The notes under the pieces were generated by a model that made no database searches, had not been told where the DNA came from, and was given only the letters and a program-made list of their open reading frames with translations. A stretch of 64,000 nucleotides of DNA, from NCBI GenBank assembly GCA_010093815.1, contig ML996571.1; one strand, written 5' to 3'. The stretch comes from Pseudovirgaria hyperparasitica (taxonomy: Eukaryota). The translations under genes were made by a program, and so were the position numbers. Below are positions 25,330 to 38,681 of this stretch, one piece after another. Numbering within the stretch: position 1 is the first letter of the stretch; each line of letters begins with the position of its first letter.

Positions 25330-28300
25330 CTAAAGGGTCATTGTGTGCCCAAGTCGACCCATCGTTGTCTTCGTCATCTTGATATAATTGTTATAGCCAC
25401 GAGGTATGTTGTAGTTGTGAAAGACCTTACCATTATCAACACTCTCAGCGTACTCAGGACTAGCCCCATCCGCGGCATTCTCGTTGCCCTCATCATCTTC
25501 CCGGTTGTCGTCATCGTTATCCGAACTGCTGTCATCCTCGTCCTCATTCTCATTGCCACCATTCTCTTCGTCGCTGTCTTCGTTGTTTGTATAACTTCCA
25601 CTATGGTTGCCCTCACTGTCGTCTGACTCTACACGCCGGCCATAATCTGTTATAGATAGTATTGTCAGCTCGTTAATGGCCAACGATCCACCAAGAGCAG
25701 GCTCACAGCCATTTTCATCGTTTTCGGGAGCCATGTATCCCCCTGGATAGCTACTGTTCGTTCGAGATCGATCGAGGATGTGACTAAGTCACTTTGAGTT
25801 GCTAAGGAGATCAAAGCTCCCTCTCTACCGAGTCTGAAGAGGAGGTTCATATATCGAAGGACTGTGCGAATTAAGAATTCAGTATAACTCAATGGTCGGA
25901 TAGAGATCACAATTTATCGGACTCACTTACAAGAACGCTGCATTCGCATCGCCCTGTCGAGACCAATGAGCACTGGAATCTACCAAACCACCCTGGGTCT
26001 TTGACACCAGCATCCGAATATACGGCTCCCTACTTGAACTGACCTCATTACCGCCTATTAGCGTGTGGAAACACGAGATGTGCAGAAGTTGCTTCGTGGT
26101 TGGCACGACTTTGAACGGTAGGGAGAAAGTTCGGTTGTCCCATTCAAGCTGGACCGAGAAGAGACCATGTCGGTATCCTTGTTTAATGAGGAGAAAGCGT
26201 GGGGTTATGCCTTTTGTCCCCTTGTTATCGTTGACTCAGGCAGCTCTAAATGCACTGCTGCCTGTCTCACGCGGCACAAAAGTGTACACTTAGGATATTT
26301 TCTCTGGGTTGAGAGGGTATCATGAAGCAACAGACAGACTGGCCGCGTGACTCATTTCAAGGCTGACCAGGTTCAAGAAAGACTGCCTACTACATTGGTT
26401 GCTTTGTCCAGCATTAGAGCCGTTTTGGCGAGTTCGGATGAGAACATCGAGAGCCAGTATTTCCACCAAACGGCTCTCAGATGCCACTCGTACAGATACT
26501 ACCATCATGGAAGCGCGCCATGGGTAGTAGCAACAGAGCCACTCCACCAAGTCACGATCTTCGGCAATGATGCGCTCTCCAGCCAGGGTCAGACTGGCCT
26601 TTCTCCAACACCATCCTTCTGTACCACAACCCGTGAGGAAGATAATGCTTCCAGTATGCAATAGCTCTGGCGCTTAGATGCGTCTACACTTCCAGGCAAT
26701 CTTGATCAGAAATACCTTCTCTCATTGCAGAAAATTCAGACTTCTTATACTGCCTTTGATTGCTCGAGTTTGCAATGTCAAAGATTTCACAACAAAGCAA
26801 GATGCGGGCCAGTCTGCTCTTCTGCTCTCAACCCTGCAAGAACTGGTGTTCGGATGCTATACTGTGGTCAGGGCAGTCCTCCAAGCATCGCTGGCAGCAA
26901 AGGCGTGCATGCATATGCGGAGAGCTCTTAGCTGCAGAGAGAGCCAGATGACCGCTACCTTCCACTACCACTCTACCAGCTACGCTCATGATAGTACAAC
27001 TGCAGAGCCTCATAAGATTTTCATTGCAATGCAAAAGCCAGCATACTGGTCATCTCACTGACTGTCGTCTCAGCTACCCGTTCAACTTTTTGCAGAACTG
27101 ATGCTAAGCACACTTGGCACGGCAGTTACGATGACTTCAATGAAGTTGCCCTCTATCGATCCTTGGAATGAGTCCGTTGACCGGTCGCCGCCTTTACTAC
27201 ATGAGACACCTCACATTTGCGATAGGGAACGCGACATCGGATCCCCGTCGTCTTCATGGAGTAATACACCAGTCCCCAACGAGTTCTCATAGACGTGCAG
27301 CATCTGCACAGGCGCTGCTACAGCTGACTGAAGTCCGCTGAGCGAGACTGGGGCTCTGGTCGCCCTGACAGTTTTCCCCCACGCGGGTACGATATGTGGC
27401 CTATGTTAAAGGCTATCACTACTTTGGAAAGAGGGTCGTAGTTTGCCTTCTAGACATCTTTCGGGACAATAGACCTTGCGATACTCCTCTTGCGCGATTT
27501 TTCAAGCCTTGAAACGTTGCTTCGAGGCCTTTTACCCTTTTGGTCTTACACGGACCTCAGTGACCACCTGTATCATCCCACATTAAGATGATCGTTTCCA
27601 TCCACATCAGGATTTCGACAGTCCATGCCTGCTAGTTCATCATTTTTTTAGAGAGTTGTGGAGACAACACCGTGGTCCTAATTTCCATCCTCGTGGTCAG
27701 ACCAATTGACGACCATATCCTCCGCATGCAAGTTGATAGAGTCAGCAGCAACGTGCGAACTACTGGGGACAGAAATCCGATTAATATGTTTTAGAAGTGG
27801 GCGTTCTTGCTACGCTATAACATATTGGTCAAGATGGGGATCTATGCCCTATACAAGGATATTATGGCCCAAGTCTCGGCCTGCGTCGTTTATGCTGTAG
27901 CACATGTCAATTGGTCGCATGGGATGATAGCAAGCGGCTCGATATCCTTGGTGCTGCTGCACTTACTTGCAACAATATGTGAACAGCTTCCGTGATTGGT
28001 CACTTGAACGGTAAGCTCGTCGAGGCTCTATATACTGGTGCTATGGCCTCCATCTTCTATCCAAGTTTTCCTGGGGCCGAAACGTATCCACGCAGACAGC
28101 AGCCATCACCCTATCTCTGGAATCTTGATATATGCCTTGCTACTGATACAATCTTGATGGGCCTATAGCCATCTTTACTAGAGATACCCATCATTTAGGG
28201 CAGAGCTCAGACAACAAGAGTGATGCGGTGAAACAATCCAGACGGACCGCCTGTAAGACTTCAAGCAATAATGTCCCTGTTGATGATATCCTTGTTAGAG

Positions 28301-29400
28301 TCACGGTGGTCGATGCAGCGAGAATGTTGATAACAGCTCGCCTTTCTTTGGCGTTAGTAGCATGATCTGCCGTCATAATTCTAGTTCTACGCGCTGAATC
28401 GCTCAGTGGGCAGCAGTGAGCCATGTAGATACCCACTTACCCTGTAGACATCGTTGACAGCATTTAGGGGCATCTGAAGTCCTCTCCACATCATTGCACG
28501 TCATCTGAGCGACGCTACTGCACCATCGCTGCGTATGCAGGCCTCAGCCCAGCCGCACCTAAGATCGCCCCCTCGCCGTTGGTCTCCGAGGCCATACAGT
28601 ATTCGACTTGCATGAAAGAGCTGCACGGAAGACTGTCAATGCTGCGAGATGGACTCAAGTCTGTCTGTCTGTGAGGAAAACCCTCAACCATATCGTCCAG
28701 CTTGGCAGCCATGTCATCTCGACTAGATCCTAAGATGGGATTGATATCCCGCACAGAGCTCAGCTGAATAACTGCTTCCCGGACAAAATTCGACGCGGCT
28801 ATGACCCATGAGCTTATCATCAAGAATGACATAGCAAGGCTTTGACACCAAGAGGTGGTACCGTCGAAGGTAATAAGGATTGTCGTTCCGTCCGGCATCG
28901 TTCCGAGATGTATCTGAGTGGGACCAGTGCTATAAGCAGGGTGGACAGGTTTCTGTACTATGTGCTAATAAAAAAGAGTGTGATCAGGAAATACAACACC
29001 CGGCAAGTGGTCTTTGAGCTGTATCGCAGTTCTAGCAGAAGGCTATGATCAAAAACCGGCGGCACTGAGTTCTAGACCTCCCACTAACAGCTCACATTTA
29101 ACGACTGGTCGCATGATGCTTCCTTCAATACTGTCGATCTCTTCCTCCATCTCACCATCCTTCTCATAACTGAACCAGCGCGTGCACCCCGAAGAAATGC
29201 GTTTCAATAGGATAGCCAACCGTCGCGATCAACAAAGTTTTGCTTTGCAGTCCGCCAATAGAAGCCCCAAAACATCAAGAGAGCCTCGTTTGGAGATAAA
29301 TTGATCTATTCATGGCCAGACGAATGACGTAGCGTCGATCCTCCTGACCTTATAGATCACACATCGTAGCTCATGATCACGAAAGGGAACGATATGTTAT
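25330..29400 (-). pseudogene. Large degenerate gene or element with an acidic C-terminal segment; family not recognised
   Basis: About 4 kb of protein-like minus-strand fragments with many stops and frameshifts, e.g. 28515-28898, 26320-26661 and the D/E/N-rich 25330-25734. Confidence 0.4.
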
Positions 29401-32400
29401 ATGCAATTACATATTCAGTGGCTCATGCGCAACCAGAGTTCCTATCAATCAGTCCAACTTCAATTCTGCCTCTCTAGAATTGACTTAGTCTAGTTCAACT
29501 AAGGCCTCTTGCTAAGGGTTAGATCTTCAGTCTAATTTAATTCTAGGGCAGGATTAAGTTACTAATAGTTAAGTTAAACTAAAGTTATATATAGTATATA
29601 TATATATAGAGTAGTGTTTTTAGGTGTTAAGTTTAGGGAGCTACCTACTAAGGATAGTCCGTTAGCTAATAGTAACCTATACTAGTCTCTCTACGTCTAG
29701 CCTATTCTAGCTATTATTCTAAGCCTTATATTTTTAAAGTATTTACTATCTCGACTTATAATTATTACGTCTACTACTACGCGTTAACACTATTAATATA
29801 GCTTCTTAGCGCCTAGTTTACGCGCCTAAAGTATACTCTCGTAATATATTTAAATAGTAATATTCCTAGGTCGAGTATATATAGAGAATCGCGCGTCCTA
29901 GGAAGTCCTAGAATATATTACCTCTTAATAAAGATAATAAAGATAATAATAATAATATAACTACCCGTAGGCTAATACTACTATCTCTATCTAGCGCTAG
30001 CCCTATACTATACTAGCCTATACCTAAAGATCTATATAGCTACCTAGTATAAGAGAGAGAGATAATAGAGATAGGTAGTACTAGAGGAGATAAAGATAAT
30101 AAAGATTCCTAGAGTTTTATAGGCCTAGACATAGAGTCTTTATATAAGGGTGTTATATAGTCCCGCCTTCTAGGCTTTATAAAATCTATAGCACTACTTA
30201 AGCGCGTAAACGCGTTTAGCTAGATCTAGAAGTATAGTTTCCGTCTAGAGTAAATTAGTAATAGAGATAAGTACTAGTAGTATTAAGTCTACTATAAAGA
30301 GAAACGTATAGGAGGGAGATTTAAGGTAGCCTTAACTACTAACGCCGTAGACTATCTCTATAATATATACTAGTAGTACCTAAGTAGTAAGAGGAAGTGT
30401 AAGGAGAGTAATATACTAAAGATAATAGTTAAGAAGGCTAGGATAGATTAGACTACGGTAAATCTACTTATCTAGACCTTTCATCCTAATAGATTTAACT
30501 AACTACTAGTAAAGTAGGTTATACTTAACTTATAGTCTCTTTACGTTATCGAAAACCCTTATCTCCATAAAGCTATCTTAAGAGTAAACCTAGAGGTAGA
30601 AGCCTTAATATAGGAGAGTACGGATACCCTTTAAAGCTATATCTTAAATACCTATAGACGTGGCTTAGCACGACTTTATAAGGTCCTTAGTACTACTATC
30701 TTAAAGATTTATATTATGTTTAATAGCTGGAGTTCACGGAACTACTATCTATCTCTATAATTCTATATAGCGCACTTTATAAATAAGAAGGGTATCTTTA
30801 TTAATATCTTCTTAGAATTACCTAAGGTTAGAGGTAGCTATACTAGTAAAAACTTTAGAGATTTAACTCTCGTAGTACTTAAGAGGTATAGGATTAAGGA
30901 TAATGTAAGAATAGGGTTATTAGATAGTAGTGTAGTTAGATAGAATAATAGGGTGTATTCTATTATAGAACGAATTACTACCGAACCCTTTTAGTAGGAA
31001 TCTAAGAGTATATATATAAAGGGACGCTAATCTATCTAGCACGTAACTATTTACCGCCCTTCACGTTACCTCCTAACCCTATTAGCTAAGGTATATATAG
31101 GTTAGGTCCTACCTAAGGCTAAGTCCTAATAATTATTCCTTCCCTCTAGGAAGCTACCCTTAGCGACCTAGATTATTATCTATCTCTATATCCCTATCCT
31201 AAGTCTCGTAAGACCTTAGTTATTCTCTACGCTTCGTCTTAGATACTTACCGATATTCGCTAATCTAAGATTTATATAAGCGTTTTCCTAATAAACTAGA
31301 TTTTATCTATCTTAACTTCTTATATAGGTGAGATTACCTAATTAGACCTAGCGTATCACGTAATATGATTAGGTAAGCCCGGGTACTACCTATATTAAAA
31401 TCTTTTCTTAGAAATATTCCTTTCTTTAAAAAACTTCTTAACTCTTTATAGAGTTTTTTAGATTATTAGATATATTACCCGATCCTTATAGATATAGATT
31501 TATATAGATTTACTATAATTTAGTACGATTTACGTAATTTACTAATTTTTATACCGTCCTTAGCTAGTAATAACATAATTCGTAATAATCTATATAAATT
31601 AATAATAATCGTAATATGGTTTCCTAAAATCTTAATACTCTAAAGCAATCGGCGCGGAAATAGGCGCCTTTAAATAATCTCTATCTTATATACGTCACTA
31701 ATATGTCGAAAGCCATTAATCTACCCCGACCTAGGCTAGGCTCTAATAATCTAGCTATATATTATTATAGTTATCGCTTTCCGTTATATATTACTCACGG
31801 TAGTACTAAATCTATAATATACGGTACTTACATAACTAAGAAGCGTTATTACTTATAGGTATTTAAGTAAGTTTAAAGAACTTTATATAGATTTACTTAT
31901 ATTAGTATAGATTACTACTAGGCCTCTAGTAACCCCTACTAATAAGGAGCGTAGTACTACCGATTATAACGCCTTAGAGAAGGCTTTCTATAAGCTATAT
32001 ATCTAAGGTAAGGGTTACGCCTAGGAGTACGATTCTAATAAGATCCGTAAGGATTTATCGGAATCTACTATAGCTATTATTACCACAATTACTAGATAAT
32101 ATCATTTTTCTTAAATCATTATAGATTCTTACTAATATATATTAATCTCTATAATAGTACTAAAATCTCTACCACTTCGGACTTCTTTCTATATACTAGC
32201 GATATTAAAATTCCTAGAAAAGGTTCTAGTAAAAAGGCTAAGGTTCCTTCCTCGCGCGTGCTAAAGAGCCGTAAATTTAGGGAAGATAGCTCTAATCTAG
32301 AAGTTTCTATACTAAAGGTATATAGTTCTATACCGATTATTAAATCTTTTCGCTAATTTATATAATTCTTAGCGTGCCCACGCCGGTCCGTCCCTCTCTA

Positions 32401-35250
32401 TCCCGGGTTCTACCGCTCCGTAGGTTTCTATAGAGAAGTTTATAGCTATAAGGCGCGCTATATAGAATTTATAGTATTGGAACGAAAGGCTAGAGACTTA
32501 TGTTATAAAGCTCTATACTATACTAAATAAGAACTAGCGGAAGGAATTAGATGTAACTGTTAGGGCTAACACTAGGATGGACTCAACTAGAACACTATGG
32601 TCTAGTACGGTCCGTGATAGGTGGACCCAGGGTAAGCTAGCTAGAATAAGCGAGACCACTATATAAGTAGGCCGTATATACTTAATTCCTACTCTTTAGG
32701 AATTAACCTTATTAAGAGAGTAGACTACCCTTTTAAATATATTCCCGAATCCTCCTATGACCTATTAGACTACTATCCTATATCTATAATCCTTATATTT
32801 TAATTCCTCTTTATATAGCACGACGGTAGTTTATAGAAATAGCTCTAACTACTCGTTATAACACCCGTCGCACCGCCTCTTATAGTAGACCTTCTCCTAA
32901 CCTAAACGAGGAGAATAGTCTACCTATAACTACCCCTACTAATAACTATATCTTATAGGCTATCGCACTAATAACTCGTACGATATTCCGTGTAACTATA
33001 GAAGATATTATAGAATATAAGGATAGAGTCTATTATACTCTATCTTAGTCTAGTTCGAACTATACTAGACCTAACCTTAACACAAGGCTAGACCTTATTA
33101 ATATTAATAAGTTAATCCGTTAGAGTCGCCTAATATTAACTATACCTTATAACGACGTGTATACTAGACTACACGAAGAGAGGTAATAATAGGTTTAACT
33201 TAAGTAATAACTATATAAACTCGACGAAGCTTAAGAACGTACTACGAGACTTAAAGCTATATTACGCGCTTTAGTTCTAGTAATGACTAATCTATATTTA
33301 TATAGACCTATACTAACTAAAACGATCTATCCTAGTCTACTACTATCCTAATTACTCTAACCTAAGAAACTACCTTACTTCAATAGTAAAAGTAGAAAGA
33401 GTTTCCACGTATAGACTTACTAATATAGCCGATTCTTCTATCTATTTACGAACGATAGCGATAAAATTAGATTCGCCTAGAACTACCTTAATCTAATGCC
33501 TTTAGAACGTTAGATGGTATACTAAATTAAATATCCTAAGGATGCCTATAACTAGGACACGTTCACCAAATTTCTCCTCTAATATTTTAGCGATAGAGCT
33601 AAACGACGCGACTAGGCCTAGGGCTATATCTTTAAGACTCGATAACGAGATAATTAGTTACCGTTATAACTTCTTAAATACCTTCGGCCCCTCTAGAGAG
33701 AAGCCGAAGAAGATTATATAATTTAATAGTACGACGACTTTAAACGGTCCCTCGCCCTAAATATAAAGGACCGTCTTAATCTTATAATAATAATCTCTAT
33801 AGACCTCTAAGCTCTTATAAACCTCGCGGAGCGATACTAGTATATAATAAATAATTAATACCGCGCTAGTGCACGACTATCCCTAATGATCTAATCTAAT
33901 ATAAAATCGTCTAACTAAAACCGATTTAGTAATAGATCTCGCGGGACGTTATAAGGCTACTACTATACCTTAAATTTAAAACCACGCGGATCGTATCGTG
34001 GATCTCCCTACTAATTAATATATTAAGATATAAGGACCGACTCGTATAAACGACCTAAAGTCACTTACTACACCTATAGTAGAATAGACTATATAGCACC
34101 TAAGTGCCGTTTAGGGAAGCTACCGAGTGCTAATATAACTAACTAACTAGTTATATACTATAAGTGCTAGTAGCTAGGACACATCGCGCCTAACTACCTA
34201 GTATAGAATATAAAAAACTAATAGCCTACGAGAAACCCTCGCGACTTATAGATATAACTATAATAGAGGGGTAATCCGCTAAATAGTATATTAAACTATA
34301 GGCTAGACCCATTAAGGTCCCTCGTGGATAATATTAGACTATAATACTCGATAGTAGATCGGCTACTAACGTCATGTCGACCTAACGAGCACGAGAACTT
34401 AACGCCGATATCCAAGCTCTAATAGATACTATGTTCCATGGTATCGACGGTCCTATTAAGTTATACGGCACCTATACTATTAAATACGGCATCTAGAATA
34501 GCGGAGGGAAATAGAAACTCTACTACTTAACCTTCATCGTGGTAGATAGTCTCTTTAATATGATTCTAGGTATACCGTAGCTTAAGAAATATAATCTAAA
34601 ACTAGACTTCCTTAAGAAGATAGCTAGCTAGCGTATAAACCCACCTTAATGGGAACTAGTATAGCTTATCGACGACGAATAATTCTAGAAAGATTATAAG
34701 AAGGCGATCTCTACTATCTACGTGCTCTTACTTACGTAAAATAGCGAGCTTAGTATTAAAGTGGACGAAAACCTACTATATTAGTATAAAATATACTAAT
34801 ATATCGTGTTAGCGATCGATTTCTCCGAACTACCTTAATACTAATCTACTAACCTTACTATTAATCTTAAAGACGGCTAGTAACCTCTATATAGACCTAT
34901 CTACCCTCTTTTAGAACCTAAGTTATAAGCCCTTCGAGAATATATCGAAAAGAACCTTACGCGAGGATAGATTAGGCCTAGTATATCCCTAGCCGGAGCT
35001 CTAATCCTCTTTATAAAGAAGAAGGATAGGAGCCTCCGTCTATATATCGACTACTATAGCCTAAATAATATCACGCAAAAGAATCGTTATCTACTACCTC
35101 TTATCTCCGAGTCTATCGATAGACTAGAACGCGTAAAGATCTTTACTAAGCTCGATCTATATAATATCTACTATCGCCTTCGTATTAAGGAAGGCGACGA
35201 ATAGAAAACGGCTTTTAGAACCCGTTATAGATACTTTAAGTATACCGTGG

Positions 35251-35390
35251 TATAAGAAGGCGGGCTCCACGTACCAACCAACTACACTAAAAGGACCGAA
35301 TCTTGAAGCTACTACTTTAAGGGTAGAGCACACTGCTTATATACGACTGCTATACACATGTATAATCAACTGGCAGGCACGTGCCTAACA
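35251..35390. mobile_element. 140-bp solo LTR of a third family inserted in the C1 RT
   Basis: T(A)TAAG...CCTAACA ends and 5-bp TSD CGTGG (35246-35250 / 35391-35395). Absent from C2, and accounts for the 145-bp length difference between C1 (8155) and C2 (8010). Confidence 0.88.
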
Positions 35391-38300
35391 CGTGGTCCCT
35401 TTTAGACTAACTAACGCGCTAGGTACCTTCTAAGCGTACATTAATAACGCGCTAGTAGGCCTACTTAACACGACATGTATCGTGTACCTAGATAATATCC
35501 TTATCTTCTTAGATAATAAGGAGGAGTATATCTAGCACGTACGTGTAGTCCTAGATAGGCTAGAAAAGTATAAGCTATATATTAAGCTATCCAAATGCGA
35601 GTTCCATTAGGACTATATTAACTTTCTTAGCTTCGTTATTACTAATTAAGGTATAACCATAGAGAGAGATAGAGTTACTACTATTATAGACTGGCCTAAA
35701 CTAAAATCCGTTCGAGATATACGTGTCTTTATTAGCTTTACTAACTACTACCGAAAATTTATTAAACACTTCTCCCGTTTAGCCGCACCACTTAATACGC
35801 GCACTACTACTACCGACTCGTCTATTACGGTCCATGGTAGATAGAAACAGCGTAATATTAAATTATAATCTATTAAATTAACTAAGGTCGAAAGAACATC
35901 CTTCGAGAAGATTAAAGAAGTATTTATAACCGCCCTATTACTAGTATACTTCGATCTAACCAAACCTATTTACGTCGAAACTAATATATTAGGATTTATA
36001 ATCTCGGGTATACTCTCCTAGCCTAGACTAATAGAGTCTAAAAAGGTCTAATAGTATCTAGTTACGTTCTTCTCGCGTAAGATAGCCGACGTTAAGACTA
36101 GATATACTATTTATAACTAAGAGCTACTAGTAATAGTAGAGTCGTTTAAGTAGTGGCGATATTATCTTAAAGGTACCATATATAATATTAAGTTACTAAT
36201 TAATTACTATAACTTAAAGGGGTTTATAAGCACGATAGTTTTAAATCGTCGATAGGTTCGATAGGCTAAGTAGCTTATAAATTTCTACTTTATAATCTAC
36301 TATCGATCTAGAAGTATAAACCTAGCTAATAGAATATTAAGAAGACCTAACTATAAAGAAGGCGCCTAGGATTATAGTAGCCATAGGGTCCTAGAGTAGC
36401 TATAGGCCTAACTCTTAAGGACGAGGTTAGATAATAAGTTATCTAATAATTAGCGAGATGCTAACGCCGATGCCAGTAATTAAATTTATAAGACTAAAGC
36501 CGGTAACTAAAGACGCGGTACCGAAGTCTCTAGCGAGCCATTTATCGGCGCTGTTAGGGAGGGTAATAGTATCCAGCGTGTATATTAAGTAGACCTTGCC
36601 TAGTTAATTATAGATCTATAAAAGATAGACCCGATAGTTTTAAAGTTACGTAAAATATAGTAAGATAGGTTATTATAGACCGAAGTAGACTATAAGTGGA
36701 CCTTCGTGGACGGCTTACTCTACTATAATAGAAAGTACTATATACCGATAGGTAACGCACGATTTACCGTAGTTAGCCGATACCATAACGCTAACCTAGT
36801 AGAATATTTCGGGTATATACGCACCCTAAGCTCGATTTATTAGTACTATTTTTAGGAAGATATATCTAAGTACGTCGAAGAATAGATAGCTACTTATCCG
36901 ATTTATTAAAGAATAAAGGTACCTAGGCATAAGCCATATCGGAACTTATAGCCTCTACTAGTCCCCCTCTTTATATAGAAAGATATTACTATAGATTTTA
37001 TAGTTAACTTACCTCTAAGCGAGATACTTAGAATAAGTTATAATTTAATTCTTATTATCGTGGATAGACTTATAAAGATATCTAGGTACATCCCTATATA
37101 GAAGACAATCACATTAAAAGAACTAGCATAAGTATTCTAGAATAAGATTATTAAGGTCCATAGTATACTAAAAAGGATCATTACGAACCGAGGGAGTATA
37201 TTCACGTCTAAATTCTAGACGTTATTCTACAAAATAGCCAGTATAAATAGAAACATATTAATAGCATTCCATCTATAAACAGATAGTTAGATAGAGCGAT
37301 AGAACCAAACACTCGAGGCCTACCTTCATACATTCTATAATTTCGAATAAGACAACTAGGCCTCTCTACTAAGTATAGTAGAATTCGCGTATAATAATAG
37401 TCGTTATAGTATAATAGGTGTTACGCCCTTCTAGGCGAACCTAGGACGTAGTCTAAGGATAGGTTTCGAACCTTATACGGTCTAGTTCGACCGAACGATA
37501 GATGTTAACGTCTATACGTAGGAACTAGCGATTAAAATCTTTAAAACCGTACATAACTATCGCGCAATAATCCAGCAAGCGAATAAGTCGTATATAAAGT
37601 ACTATAATAGATTAGTTAAAGATTAAGCGTACGAGGAGGGAGACGAAGTCCTCCTTAATATCTATAATATATAAATATCGCGAGTAAATAAAAAGCTCGA
37701 TTATAAAATGGCTGGTCCCTTCCGAATTAAACGTCGCATTAGTATAAGAGCCTATAAGCTCGACCTAGGAAACGATATAAAAGTCTATAACGTATTCCAC
37801 GTCTTATTACTTAAAAGGTTTCGACCTAACGTGTATAAACGCACGAACGTGTAATTACACTCTATTATACTCTAAGATAGACTAGACGTGTACGAAGTGG
37901 ACTATATTATTAAATATAGGCTTAATAAGAACGGTGTCTAAAAGTATTAAATCCGTTAGAAGAACTACACCGAGGATAAGAACACCTAGGAACCTATAGT
38001 ATATATCTTAAGTACCGCGATAGCTATATATAAATAGAGGTTATAGGATAATACGTTACTACCGTAAACCTAGCGCCGTCGGGGCCGTCGTAAAAAGAAG
38101 AAGGATACCGTGGAGAACGAAGTGTCGAATTACGAATCCCAAACGCACACTAGGAAAACTCTATAAGGCAGCCCTATAATTTAAGCGATACACGGTTACT
38201 AAACGCGAAGAAAACGTAAATAACCATTATAGGCACGCGACGCGATATATTATAATAGAATAACATAGAGAAGTCTAGAATAGACTAATATAGACTATTA

Positions 38301-38681
38301 TACACGAGAAGAACATAGGACTAAGAAACTAAAAAGGTACTCTACTACGGAATTAAACTCGTTATATATAATATAAAAGGTTAGAGTACCCGAACTAATA
38401 ACTACTAGGCTACTAGTTCGGGTGCTCTAATATAATTTAGAGAGATAAACTAATTTATATACGATGCCTATACTTAAGTAACTTAAAGGAAATTAGAACC
38501 TAAAATTTAATAGTTATAGAATAAATAAGAACGTATATAATATTATTAAGTTAAGAATTAAATTACTAGAAAACTAGTAGATGGGTATCTAAACGGTCTA
38601 AAAAGGACCAAAACGGATAGAAACTAGGTAGATAGAGCTAATACACACCACATAGAAACCCTAGTAAACAGAGCTATAGAG

